Under the pieces are notes generated by a model. It was not told the DNA's origin. It saw nothing but the letters and a program-made list of their open reading frames with translations, and ran no database searches. A stretch of 64,000 nucleotides of DNA from Anthoceros angustus. Lineage: Eukaryota > Plantae > Anthocerotophyta. Below, piece after piece: positions 37,330 through 48,332 of the stretch; position 1 is the stretch's first letter, and every line of letters begins with the position of its first letter. Made by a program: the position numbers and the translations under genes. Location of the stretch: the NCBI GenBank assembly GCA_010909165.1, contig MU008177.1, forward strand, positions 1,107,309 through 1,171,308. The letters are read 5' to 3'.

Positions 37330-38150
37330 TTTTCTCACCGCCGGCGTTGGCACCCTCAACCTGTGCTCGCGCCGTCGGCCGCGTCACGCGGCGCTGTCGA
37401 CCGCGCCACGCCCGCACGGCCACCGCCGCCTTGCAGCCGGCAGCCACGCCGCGCCCGCAGACCCCAACGGCGGCGCCGGCGCCTGCGCGCCCCGGCGGCG
37501 CGCGCCTCGCGCTGCAGCGCCTCGCACTGCAGGCGCCCCGGCAGCGCTGCAGGCCCGTGGGCTGCGCGCCGCGGGCTTGAAACTGCGCGGGTTGCGAGTC
37601 TGCGGCGCCGCGGGGCGGACGCGGCGCCGCGCGCCAGGCCCAGCGGGCTGCGGACTGCGGGCGCGGGCTCAGGCCTGCAGGCCTGCCCGCCCGGGCTGCA
37701 GCGCCCTACTGCGGCCTGCGCGCTGCGGGCGCCGCGCGCCCCAGGCGCTGGCGCGCTGGCGCTCCAAGGGCTGGCTCCGCGCGCGTCCGGCGGCCGGTCA
37801 GCGCGGCCGCGCTTCCAGCTTCCGCCGCGCTCCAGCGCCCCGCGCCAGCGCTCCAGCCCGGCTGCGCGCCCGCGCACGCACGCCCGCGCCCCGCGCCACG
37901 CGCCGCGCGCCACGCCCGCCCGCGCCGCGCGCGCTGCGGGCTCGCCCGCGTTAGGCCCGGCGCGGCGTCGTCTTTGCCCGCGCGCTGGCCAGGTCCGCAC
38001 GGCCAAGCGCGCAGCGTCCGCCGGCCTCCACGGCCAGGCTGCGGCACACACGGCTGGCCGAGGTCGCGGCCACCTCGCTCGCCCGTCCGCTCGCGCGCTG
38101 GCGTTCGCAACCCTCACCGCGATCTGGATCACTGCAATTCCACGGTGCCG
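37330..38150. other. Extremely GC/CpG-rich low-complexity tract in the 5' leader (PBS to gag) of copia Y
   Basis: Runs of GCGC/CGCG/GGCGC with almost no A/T. All six frames are open with Ala/Arg/Pro/Gly bias. Confidence 0.8.
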
Positions 38151-41100
38151 CCGCTAGAAAATTCTAGCATCACAACACAACCAAACCATGGCTCTGATAC
38201 CAGTTGAAGGATCGTGGGGCAGCCATGCTGATGGAAAGAGGAGAGGAGAGGAGGAGGCAAGTGTAGCTCTCTCACATTGAGATGAGGCTTGGAGGGTATT
38301 TATACCCTCCAATAGCTCCCTAGAGCTCCATAAGCTCCTAGGAAGGAGCACAAGAAGCTTCCTAGTGATTAGCTTAAGCTAAACTAATGATACTTAACGA
38401 CACCTAACTTAGACTAAGTGTATTAGTCTAAGTACATTGCTTTAATACCCCTTACGGTTCTTAAGACAGGCTGAGGCCGCGCATCGCCCACCACCCTATT
38501 GTACCAAGAACGCCTTTTACGCAACCTAACCTGTTTTGTGTCATTTTGCAGCAAGTTAAAGATGTTGAAGACCTGGAAAAGCTTCCAAAAGATTTCCAGG
38601 CTTTTATATTAGAGGTCCACACATGGAAAGGGCTGGAGGATGAGCAAAGGGCACTTGCAGACATGGACATGGAGGAAGGGCTGCAAACTTTTACTATGCC
38701 CAAAACAGAGGGGTTAGTGAAGTATCAAGTGGTGCGAGATGTCGCGAAAAGAGGGTTTTCATGAGTCGGAGTACCTGGCAGTGATGGATGTCCCCCAGGG
38801 ATTCAACAAGGGGAAGTATGATATCAAACTTGAGCAGGCGCAAATGGCAAACATATTTCATCCCTTCCATGATATGACAATGTGCGACGAGATCAGAATG
38901 ATAGTAATGCATGGTGTGGAAGAGCTCCATATTGTGAGGGAGACTATGAGGAAGTGGTGTATAGGTGAAGGCATGGTCTCATTTGTTTGGGACAAAACTA
39001 ATATGCACAATGACCAAGGAGGCTTTGACACTGTGGAGTACATCACTGTAGGTTGGGGCGTGACCTGCAAGAGCAAGAGGACAAACGTGTCCATGCCCCC
39101 GAACACCTTGCAGGGCTCTTTCAATAATGGGCGAGCAGTTACTGCGCACGACGCTGTGGTAAAGAAGTTATTATATTTGTCGCTGGACAAGCTGGTTGTT
39201 TCCACGTATAAGAGGCTACTGGGTCTAATGATGAAGTTGATCAGGAACTTCTCCAAAGAACACCGTAATTTTTGAAGGGGGTGAATAATCTCCATGGGGG
39301 TTTTCCGTAAATAATCTCTGAAGGGGGTTTTTTCATGGGCTCTAAAACAACGTTTATTAGTCATTCTGGAAAACATCTTCGAAAAAAGGGTGTTATCCAA
39401 TAAAGTTACTACTTTCCAACCAACAATGTTTTTGTCGAATGGTGGTCACAAACTCGAACCTATAGGATTAATGCAAAGTGGGACGTCCTGTAAGATAGGC
39501 CATTTCTGCCGGGAAGGGACGACCATAAATTCAGTTTTGGAAGGAAAATGTGGTTTAGTAAGGACACAACAAAAGCCACTGATAGGGTATTTCCAAAACA
39601 CGGTAACATCTGGAACTGGACGTACAACATTCACTTTGGGACCCCGGGACAAACCGTGATTTGAGTTTCACTCATCCCCATAGTACAATCCTTCGTCATC
39701 ACTTGGTCCAGCTTCTCTAGCATTGTTATCACTATCTTCATCGGCACTTTGACTCGCAGGTTGTATGAAGCCGCGCAACTTGCAGAGCTTATCCCTTATC
39801 GCTTTTTTGTCCACCGCATACAAAAGTTTGTGTGCGTTCAACACAAACCCATAATACAGGATGACTATTTCATTCACAAACACCTCAGATGTTTTTGTAA
39901 TGGACCTTATTCCTTTTTCCCCAGACGGACTGGATGGGTTGGCATTCTGAGACTATGTATTCCTACACATATCTCCCTTCGTATGCAGCATCGTGCCGGT
40001 CCGATACCGATGCTGGATAAGAAAGTGAGGTCGTGGTGCTAGCTTCACACACGACGCCTCCCCAATCCGTAATGGCTCGTTATGCGTGTCCATAGTGCAC
40101 CACATCGCCGTAAACATCCCTTCCTGATTTCCATTATGTCCCCATTCATCCGCGTTATTCCCACCGTTGCCTTCCGCATTTTGATATGCCCCAAGTACAT
40201 ATCACTGCGGAGGTCATCAATGCCTCATCCAACAGAGCTTCATCCGGCATTTGAAGTGATCGGGCTGTAAGATCCACTTCTTGCTCGTGAAAATCACTTC
40301 CAAGGACGCTCTAGCACTAGCCCAATGTTATTCTCCACAATGACAATAATCTTCTTCTGGTCCACCCAAAAGGCTTCCCACCACTTGTACTTTTCGGCAG
40401 TCACTAATGGACGCAAATGTTTTAAACCTTCTTGCAAATGGGCCACACCTTCCGTCGGTGATAGAATACCTGCCGTTTCCTTCTTGTCTCCCCCTCTCCC
40501 CCCCTAGCTTCACCCGCATGCACTGTAGGATGGTGCTGGAGGCGTCCGCACAACCGGCGCCTCCCAGCACCACGCGTCGATGCATGCGTGGTGGAGCTAG
40601 GTGCCGGCCACCGGCGCCTCCCCCTATGCCCTACCCATGGGCCGCCGACCGCACTCCCCTAGCACACCCCGGCCTTGGCACCGGGCGGCCGGTGGCGCCC
40701 CCACCCCTAACATGCCTGCCTACCCAAGGGCGCCACCGGCCAGGCGCCCTCCCATGGCCTCCTCATAGGTGCTTTAATAAAATAAATATTTAGCGGCTCA
40801 AAAGTTTTGTAACTTGGGATACCGTTGCCGAAAACAAAGTCTGTAATGAGCGGGATCCGGGTTTGAAAAGCGCGACTACCGACAAACCGAAGCCGCTTAC
40901 ATAATCCGTGTCGTTGTAGTAAGGGGTCCGCTCCAAGAGAATGATAGGCTCCGGTTAAGTCAACCGATTCTCACCTCAACGCTGCGGACCGCTTTCGGAC
41001 TCAAGCACGGTTACACTTTTTACGATTAACTACTCTTAACGTTCACCAACAGTTCGACGGGACAACGCGTTAAGGACTCTTCTGGGCCCGTATCCACCTC

Positions 41101-41476
41101 GCCTCCTTCCCTCNTTTATTTATGTCTGCTAAGGATGGGATGTGAGTTCCGTCCGGTGTGCTCACCATTCTTTGTTGGATTTCTAGCTTGTTCTCGACAA
41201 AGTCATGCTTTAGGGTTTGACGTATGTAAATATAGGTATGTGAAGTAGATATATGCGAATAAAATAGCCTATAAGTTTTTGCACCGTCTACCGTCTCTTA
41301 CGGTATCTTACGTACCCCCCTGAAGTATGCGGTACACACATATCTGACAATACACAGCAGAAACTTCTCAAACCTTATTTTTACTGAAACAATTGGCGGA
41401 ACCTAGGTCTCCTAAACCCTAGTCCAGAGCCCTTGTCGCACGGGCCTTTTACCTCGTTGCCATCGCCATCAGAGCA

Positions 41477-42213
41477 ATGGACGCTGAAGATGACAAGAAG
41501 AGCAAAGAGAAGGACAGGAGGAAGTGGGCTGCGGTTTCGGTTATCGCTAAGCCCCTGGCAGGCAAGAAGCTGAACAGAAAGACGCTGAAAGTCGTCAAAA
41601 GAGGTAGGCTCGGCAGACTGTTTATGGGCTAATTTCCAGCGGTATTGGTTGGGCTGTGCTGAATCCTGGTCTGGTGTCATTTCCGCTCTCAGCGGCGCAG
41701 GCTAAGCAGTTGAAGCGTGGAGTGAAGGAGGTATTGAAATCAGTGAGGAAGGGTCAGAAAGGGTACGATTGCCCCTGCCTTGCCGAGTTGCTCTCTGTTT
41801 TGATTGAGATTTAGGATCACACTGATTCTGGAATTGGCAGGTTATGTATCATTGCTGGGGATATTTCTCCGATTGATGTTATAACCCACGTTCCTGTCTT
41901 GTGTGAGGAAGCTGAGATCCCGTATGTATATGTTCCATCCAAGGAGGTGAGACAGTGCGAAAAATTCCCCTTGCATTCCACTCTTTGTTTTTGCGTTGGT
42001 TTTGGACTGAGCTCTCAATCGGAGGAGTGTTTTGCTGCTCAGGATTTGGGAGCGGCAGGAGCTGAAAAGACCGACCAGTTGCATGCTTGTGATACCTCCC
42101 TCTTAAAGGTACAGTCACGGAAGAAGAGAAAGTATGCTAAAGAATATGACGAAGTTGTGACTGAAGTCAAGCAGCAAAGCAGCGTTCTTCGCCTAGAGAT
42201 GGTCCGCCTCTAG
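41477..42213 (+). CDS. NHP2: H/ACA snoRNP subunit NHP2 (L7Ae family); 4 exons 41477-41603, 41693-41762, 41841-41946, 42043-42213; apparent compensating indels in exon 4
   Basis: Spliced translation ..IAKPLAGKKLNRKTLKVVKR-AAQAKQLKRGVKEVLKSVRKGQKG-LCIIAGDISPIDVITHVPVLCEEAEIPYVYVPSKE-DLGAAGA[T]KRPTSCMLV. All three introns are GT..AG. Confidence 0.92.
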
Positions 42214-42421
42214 TCATCCCGGCTGTGAAATCCCTTTGCGTTCCCTGCCTGTGAGGTCCTGCCTTGGTGCTTTGAAGTTCCCTCCGAAGGATCTGCTCAG
42301 GGTTGCTTGTGGCCTGAGTGCTTCCTCGGTCTGTTGTACCATGCGTTGCAGCCTGGTGAAATTTTGTACGTGAGGGTGATGTAATACCATTAGCCTCTTT
42401 CGAGGGAAATTCTCTAGTCTA

Positions 42422-43075
42422 CTACAAATCGTGGTATTGACTGCCGTTTCTTGCAGCTTTCGAGAGATCTGTGGCAATGTCTCTGTAGATAGCGGCAACT
42501 TCACTGTCGGGTGAGGAGGCAACTATTGGATTACCTTGATCTGAGGTCTGGCGGACAGACATTTCCAGTGGGACCTGGCAATCGTGCAGAACGAGAGTCA
42601 GGTTCAGGACACCAGTACTGACCAGTTCACTCATGCAGCAGTTACCGCTCCCAGAAAGTGCATGTCGAGCTCTTCTGCAGTTTGCCTGGCACCTCCATGG
42701 CCAAACACTTCGGTACGCTCCACATTTGGGACACTTGAAGAAGCTCATGTTTCTACCAAACCTAGTACCTGCATATATCACGACTCTCAAGAGTTTGGCA
42801 GTATGGGAGCAGCAAAGGAAAAGTGCTGCTGCAGACGGGTGAGAAACCTACTGGAACATCGACTTTTCGAAACATGCTAGCTCCTCTTCGTGCATCCATA
42901 AGAGCAATGTCTTGTGGCGTTGAAACAATAACAGCCCCTACGCAGAGTCAGGAACCGGGATTAGCGACATGTCCCATCTCTCACACGAGCAGCTTCCAAG
43001 ATACCGACACGAAAACCATTTTCTGAGAATGCTAAACCTGCAAGAGGGAGTCGTTGGGATATGAGATCCGAGTGT
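42422..43075 (-). pseudogene. INDL: 3' half of an Mrp/NBP35-family Fe-S cluster carrier (INDL/NUBPL-like); the 5' P-loop exons were not found nearby
   Basis: ISQRLPLAG|[28 protein letters not shown]|..NMSFFKCPKCG..|VPLEMSVRQTSDQGNPIVASSPDSEVAAIYRDIA, with GT-AG introns. Confidence 0.72.
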
Positions 43076-43859
43076 CCAGACCACAAGTCCTGGGTCCATA
43101 GGGTGCCCGTTTTTTTTGTAGGACGTCCTTGTTTTGGTATTGTGCAAGAAAATGCCTGGAGCGGTCGTTTGAAAAAGGGCTTTTGTGCAGGTGGTCCAGA
43201 ACAACTCCCATGTCCCTCTGCCTTCACAAGGTGGAAGGAACCGAAATTCGGGTTGAAGGCGGCTTCGACCCGCACGTCGCTGAAAGGTTCATTACTTCCT
43301 CTAGCTTGAGGGATGTATAATCACCTTTTAGTGCAGTGTGCAAATGGGTGTGCATTCAGCCACCTTTCATAGCCACACTTGCACTGCTATCCGCCATAGC
43401 CATGATGTTTTGCGTGACGGCCAGGAGTGGGTTTTCCGAGACGTGGTATGCACATGGTACGTGCCGTGCCGACACACGGCACATACCATATACACAAATT
43501 GGCGTATGTGGCACATGGCCATGTATGCCATCTACAGACGTATCGAAGGGCGGGGCCTCGTACACGACGGATGCCATGTTTGTTGCTTTCGTATCTGCCA
43601 CATGGCCATCATTCAACATAAAATAGGCCATGTTCAAGGCACTAGATAACAAAACTAAACTTGCAAATCCGGATCTCTGGCTTCTCGCATCGCGGCAAAC
43701 GGGTCTCGTGACCGCAGGAACCCGCAACATCAGCACGCCATTTTAACCTGCACGCTCATGAGCCACTATATGAATGTCACGCAGATCTAGAAAGGGTAAA
43801 AGATCCACAAAGAAAAAGGCATGCGCATTGTCTGCTCCTGCCGATACCTCCCGCACACA

Positions 43860-44160
43860 AATGGGACTAGAATATTCAAAGGAGTGCAATGATGAACCTC
43901 ATGCCAAAATTAGTATTTTAAAGCTTGCAAGTGGGAAAAGGCAGAGTCAGTAATAGAACACAATGCACACGTTGCTAAAGGAAAAGTGTTATAAAGAGGT
44001 GTTACAAATGGGACCAGAATATTCAAAGGAGTGCAATGATGAACCTCATGCCAAAATTAGTATTTTAAGCTTGCAAGTGGGAAAAGACGGGGAGTGCGAG
44101 TAATAGGAACACAATGCACCTGTTGCTGAAGGAAAAAGTGTTATAAAGAAGTGTTACAAA
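43860..44160. repeat. ~148-bp tandem duplication
   Basis: aatggga.cagaatattcaaaggagtgcaatgatgaacctcatgccaaaattag at 43860 and 44007. Confidence 0.85.
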
Positions 44161-44899
44161 GGTAGGCTTGTATGCCATGCCTCTTCCCACACCAAAACAT
44201 GTAACGTTTTTGGGGGCCGTAAACAAAACTGTGTCAAAAAACTGTAACATGGACACCATGTTTCTACTAGTGAATCAAGGATGATTAGTTAGTTTAAAAA
44301 TATTATCTTGTACTTGTTATAAGATTAGTGGGTGTGATGCTAACACATGAGGAGAGAAAGTAAGAATGATTTGATTGTTGTACTTGGTTACAACATCGCT
44401 TATCCTCACTGTCATGCTGTTGCTGTATGGAGAACAGAGCACCTGAGACTTTATGACTAGATAGTGACTAGAGCATCCTGGGCATAAGCCACGATCTTTG
44501 AAGTGTGATGATCATCATGCATAAGCCACGATGGAGTGCTTGATGATGTCATGTACATGGCCCATGGATGGCACGCACATGACATGTATACCATGTATGC
44601 ATGTGTGCGGCATGGAGATGAAGGATGACATGTGATGATGTGGACATGTGGCGGGGATGTGTCATCTATATGCATGGGTTATGCATGTAGGCGGTGCATA
44701 TAGATATATTTAGAAAAATATAAAATCATAAAATCAAGGAAAAGGCGAATAAATTATTATTTGAAGGCCAAGGAAAGTAGGATTATAAAGTGCCCACCAT
44801 CGATATGGGTGGACACTTCATCGAGAACTCTGGGGTTTTGCCTATATATGTAGGCACCCGACCATGGATTCTGGATTGTTGATGTTTGTCTTGTTCTAA

Positions 44900-47800
44900 T
44901 AGACAGCCCGTCCTAATGTCTTTGTCTCCTAGAGGTTCTTGTGGTTCGTTGCATTTGTCGAGTTGGGAGAATTTTCCATCTTGATTTCACCACATCAACA
45001 ATCCTCTTGTTGGGGACTAAGATCTGATCTTGGAGGAGGCGAGTGCCCACCATCCAACCAGGAGGCAGTGCGATCCGAGAAGGTTGAGTGTTGCGAGGCG
45101 GCAAGAGATAGGCTGATGTTTTTCGATGGACAGAATTCGCCATTGATTATACGCTTAGGTGTGGTAGTCTCACGATTCGAGTTAGCGAATTATGCGGAAA
45201 AGCACGCATACGTCTGGAGCCGTTTGTGGATAGAGGCGTGGATGTACTTTTACGGCTGGGTGGTTGGGCTAACGGTGGAAACAATTTGCTGACAACATCC
45301 GCTGGTCGGGCATAGGAGAAGTAACCATTGATGGTGTTCCACGAGATCGGTGGGTGGCGAAAGGACACTGCGGCTCTTCATCGGAGAAGTGCACGCGTAC
45401 TACTCGCCATTCAAGAGGACAGGAACAATACGAGACAACGCGATCACAAGGAGGGTTGGCGATTGGAGTGAGTGCAAGAATGGAGCTTGAGTTCACACCA
45501 AGTAAAACGATGTCTTCACGGAAAACATGGAAGCATGTCTCTTGCATTTCGAGGAGAAGTTTCGTTGGGCAATGGCGGAAAACAAGATGAAATACAAGGG
45601 CGAGTTCACTCGGAGGATGGCGTTCATGAAGATGTCATCCTACCTTGGTGAGGCTAATGTATTACGAGATGAGAAGGGATCCTGAAGGTGGCCGAGAAGA
45701 GAAGCGTGCAGAGGCGGAGGGCTGGTTCGTGCACCTCTTGGCGAGGACAAGCTCGAGCATCAGTGGACTTGATGTTCGCCAAGTTAACCACCATGTTTCC
45801 TGACTTAGAAAAGATCCGAGGAATTGTCGAGGTTTTCTTTCGGGCCTAACGAGACATTGCGTGCATCTTACCTCGGGGAAGGTTACGGTGGAAGACACGG
45901 ATGTGAAGGCGATGAGGAGGCTGAGATCTTCATGGCGCGGCACGCGAGACAAAGAAGGAAGGTGATGGACTCGTGCATGGAGCGATGGGAGAGAGATATC
46001 GGTTGATACGCCTATCAAATTCTTTGAGAAGGTGCTCAAAGGAGATGCGATGGCCGGCTTACTTGGAGGATCACGTCGTGAAGGGCCCTTGCAGGTCGGA
46101 GGACACGGAATTCGAGTTTGTTCAAGGTACCGATCGGAGCAAACGATCCTCGGGACATGGCAAGCGACCACATGTGAAGGAGAGGCCGACTAACAATGCA
46201 GTCAAGCGGTGTGAAGTGTGGCGGATCTGAGGCGCTGGCGTTGAATGCGACTACAAGCCGGTGGTCCGAAGGGCAAGGAAGCTGTAAGTCTTGTGGCGGA
46301 TGGGGTCACATGGAGGCGTGTTGGGAAGCTCATCCAGGCTGAAGCCCAAGCTTGCATCGGTGAGAAGGAGAAGGGCAAGGGCCCAAGTCGTAAGGCTCTC
46401 CTCGGGCAAGTGGAGGAGCTCAAGAAGGAGATGGCCAACATGGCCAGCGGGCAGGATTTTGTTCTCGACTCATGAAGATGAGGCGTTTGGATGGCGGTGC
46501 AAGAAAAGAAAAGGTGTTGACTTTGGTGAAGGCGTCCTGAAGTCGGAGCAGAATCGACCAAGATGCCGGAGAGTTTCCGGTCGAGAAAACTCCACGACAC
46601 GGAAGGTGTCAAGATCGGTCGAGAGACGTTGAGGCGTTCTTGGACAAGGCCATGGAGGTGCCTGCAGAAGTCTTGTGGATCCGTGAAGGGCAACAACTTC
46701 AAAAACATCATGCGAGAATGGTGAGAAAGGAGCTTGAATCAGGATCTCTTCCTAGTATGGTTGTGTGGCGAGCATCGATGCCGGAGGAGCGAGGTGAAGG
46801 AGGTGTTGCCATGATTGATAACACGGGGCCGGCGTGACCTTTGATGGCTATGCTCCGATGCGTACTTGTAGACACGAGGCGGATCCGATCTCGGGAGCAG
46901 TGCGGGAGGCACTAAAAGTCATGGACACAAGCTCGTTCGGCGTGAACATCACCACCTCTGCGGTACCAAGGAAGTCGGGAATGACGAGGAGGCCCGTGAA
47001 GATTGAATTGAAGCGCACGAAGGATGCCAGCATCGTTGAAGTGAGATGTTTGGTCACGGTGCAAAGACATATGATGTCTTCTTTGGTCGGACGGAACTCA
47101 CCGTCTGCCATGGGGTTGATCCCTTGCAGAAGCTTTCTGAGACCATTACGGTGGAGAGGAGATTTCACGCATGTTGCACGAATTCCTCTAAGGATGAATA
47201 GGAGTGGTGGCAAGGCGGGCGAGGATGAAGCGCCATGATTGCCCACTGTGCTCAAAGTGAGCATCGACATGAGATGTGGGAGGAAGCGAGTTATCCTCTC
47301 GGATCAAAGCCAAGAGAGCAGAAGGGTGTGCTCAAGGTTGTGCGCTCAGAGTATTAGGATGAAGCTAGGGTTCGAGAAAACCAGCGAAGGAAGGAGGATC
47401 GACCGTGGAATCTCACAGACACATGTCCTGAGAGGTCGATCCCATATATGAGGCCTGCCAAGGCGGGAGATCGACGCATCGACGATGCTCTAGTACGATG
47501 GAAGGTGGGCGTTGAAGGCATCCATCTATTGGAGCTCTGCTCAGGAATCAGCAGTGGCCTGGAAGCGGTGTTGCAGTGCGGCGTCAAGGTACGCTAATAT
47601 ACCTGCGTGGAAAAGGACTAGAAGGTTTGGGCTGTGGCTAGAGGGTAATTTCGGGTTACGCAGCGGTATCCAGCATTGGCGAGGAAGCGATTCGAGGCTG
47701 CCGAGCAAATTGCCTAGACATGAACACAGTGAGGGAAGCGGCTAGAAGCCTTGTCGAGTCCGGTGGATATGTTGATCGCGGGATGGGAATGTAAGACATT

Positions 47801-47960
47801 TTCGATAGCAGGCAGAGGCAAAGGTGAAGGCGTTTCGTTGGCTGCTGAGCTCGCACGAATTGTGCGAGAAGTCCAGATTGCGAATCCACGATGCTGGTAA
47901 ATTCTAGAGAATGTGTGTTGTGGAGGACCACATGTGCACTAACCCTTCTCCGAACTGTCA
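44900..47960 (+). mobile_element. Truncated second-family DNMT-carrying Ty3/gypsy (gag-PR-DNMT N-half)
   Basis: Decayed CCHC knuckle C-E-V-C-GGSE-H...EC (~46210-46255), protease AMID[T]GAGVT (~46805-46840), then C5-MTase motifs I, IV and VI at 47514-47915. It ends at a T-run near 47975. Confidence 0.72.
47514..47940 (+). pseudogene. C5 DNA methyltransferase fragment
   Basis: EGIHLLELCSGISSGLEAVLQCGVKVR.YTCVEKD (47514-), PVDMLIAGWECKTFSIAGRGKG (Cys 47790-47792), ELARIVREVQIANPRCW*ILENV (ENV 47907-47915). Confidence 0.82.
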
Positions 47961-48332
47961 GGTTGAATGAAATTTTTTTGTTTTTTTTTTTTGTGTTAGT
48001 GTAACGGGATGCTTCGGAATCGTCCGGGTAAGGCCTTTTTATATGGAAATGGTCCTTGGCCCATGACAATAATAATATTTTTAATAATAATTGGTCCTTG
48101 GGTTTTGACCCTAGGTATGTAGGTCGGATATAGAGTCCTTGGGTCTTGGTGATTTTAGAAATAAAGAGTGTCTATATATGCTAGGTGTACCCTACATTAG
48201 GCAACAGTTGGGCAGTGAAGTGGGGAGGTGGCTAGCCCCACCACGGTGGCCAAAATGGGACGTACAGACCAAGGGGAGATCACAATTGTGGCGCGACTTT
48301 CGCTGACGGCCAACCGGGCGCGCACAATCCCG

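Larger units (their letters stand above)
29251..38456 (-). mobile_element. Ty1/copia element Y (internally deleted) with TSD GTTCT; its 3' LTR is split by element X
   Basis: GTTCT at 29246-29250 and 38457-38461. 5' LTR 38205-38456, with PBS TGGTATCAGAGC (complement of 38191-38202). 3' LTR = 29251-29346 + 35825-35987, with PPT AAGTGGGAGGT next to 35987. RNase H remnant (LHCDSSAIQLAK...DILTKGL) at 35990-36400; gag remnant at 36790-37130. Confidence 0.85.
27330..39275 (+). pseudogene. Gene with acidic N-terminus, ParB/Srx-like domain and putative beta-class N6/N4 DNA methyltransferase-like domain, split by an intron containing nested copia elements
   Basis: VMGVLGGNH (GGNH 28526-28537) ...LATDHN...KMNFIEQVR. 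The frame FQTAFEGK ends at the donor AAG|GTGAGC (29234) and resumes after TTTTGCAG (~38550) as QVKDVEDLEK. It continues LAVMDVPQGFNKGKYD (38787-38801)...FVWDKTN...VEYITVGW...YKRLLGLMMKLIRNFSK. Confidence 0.55.

Noticed and set aside
37274-38157. 226-264 aa Ala/Arg/Pro-rich ORFs in several frames
   Set aside because: Stop codons are absent because of extreme GC content. No domain was recognised and all frames are equally open.
44440-44700. CATG-rich quasi-palindromic stretch (and a similar one at 43440-43630)
   Set aside because: No clear repeat unit, TIR or TSD could be defined by eye. Probably a decayed TE spacer.
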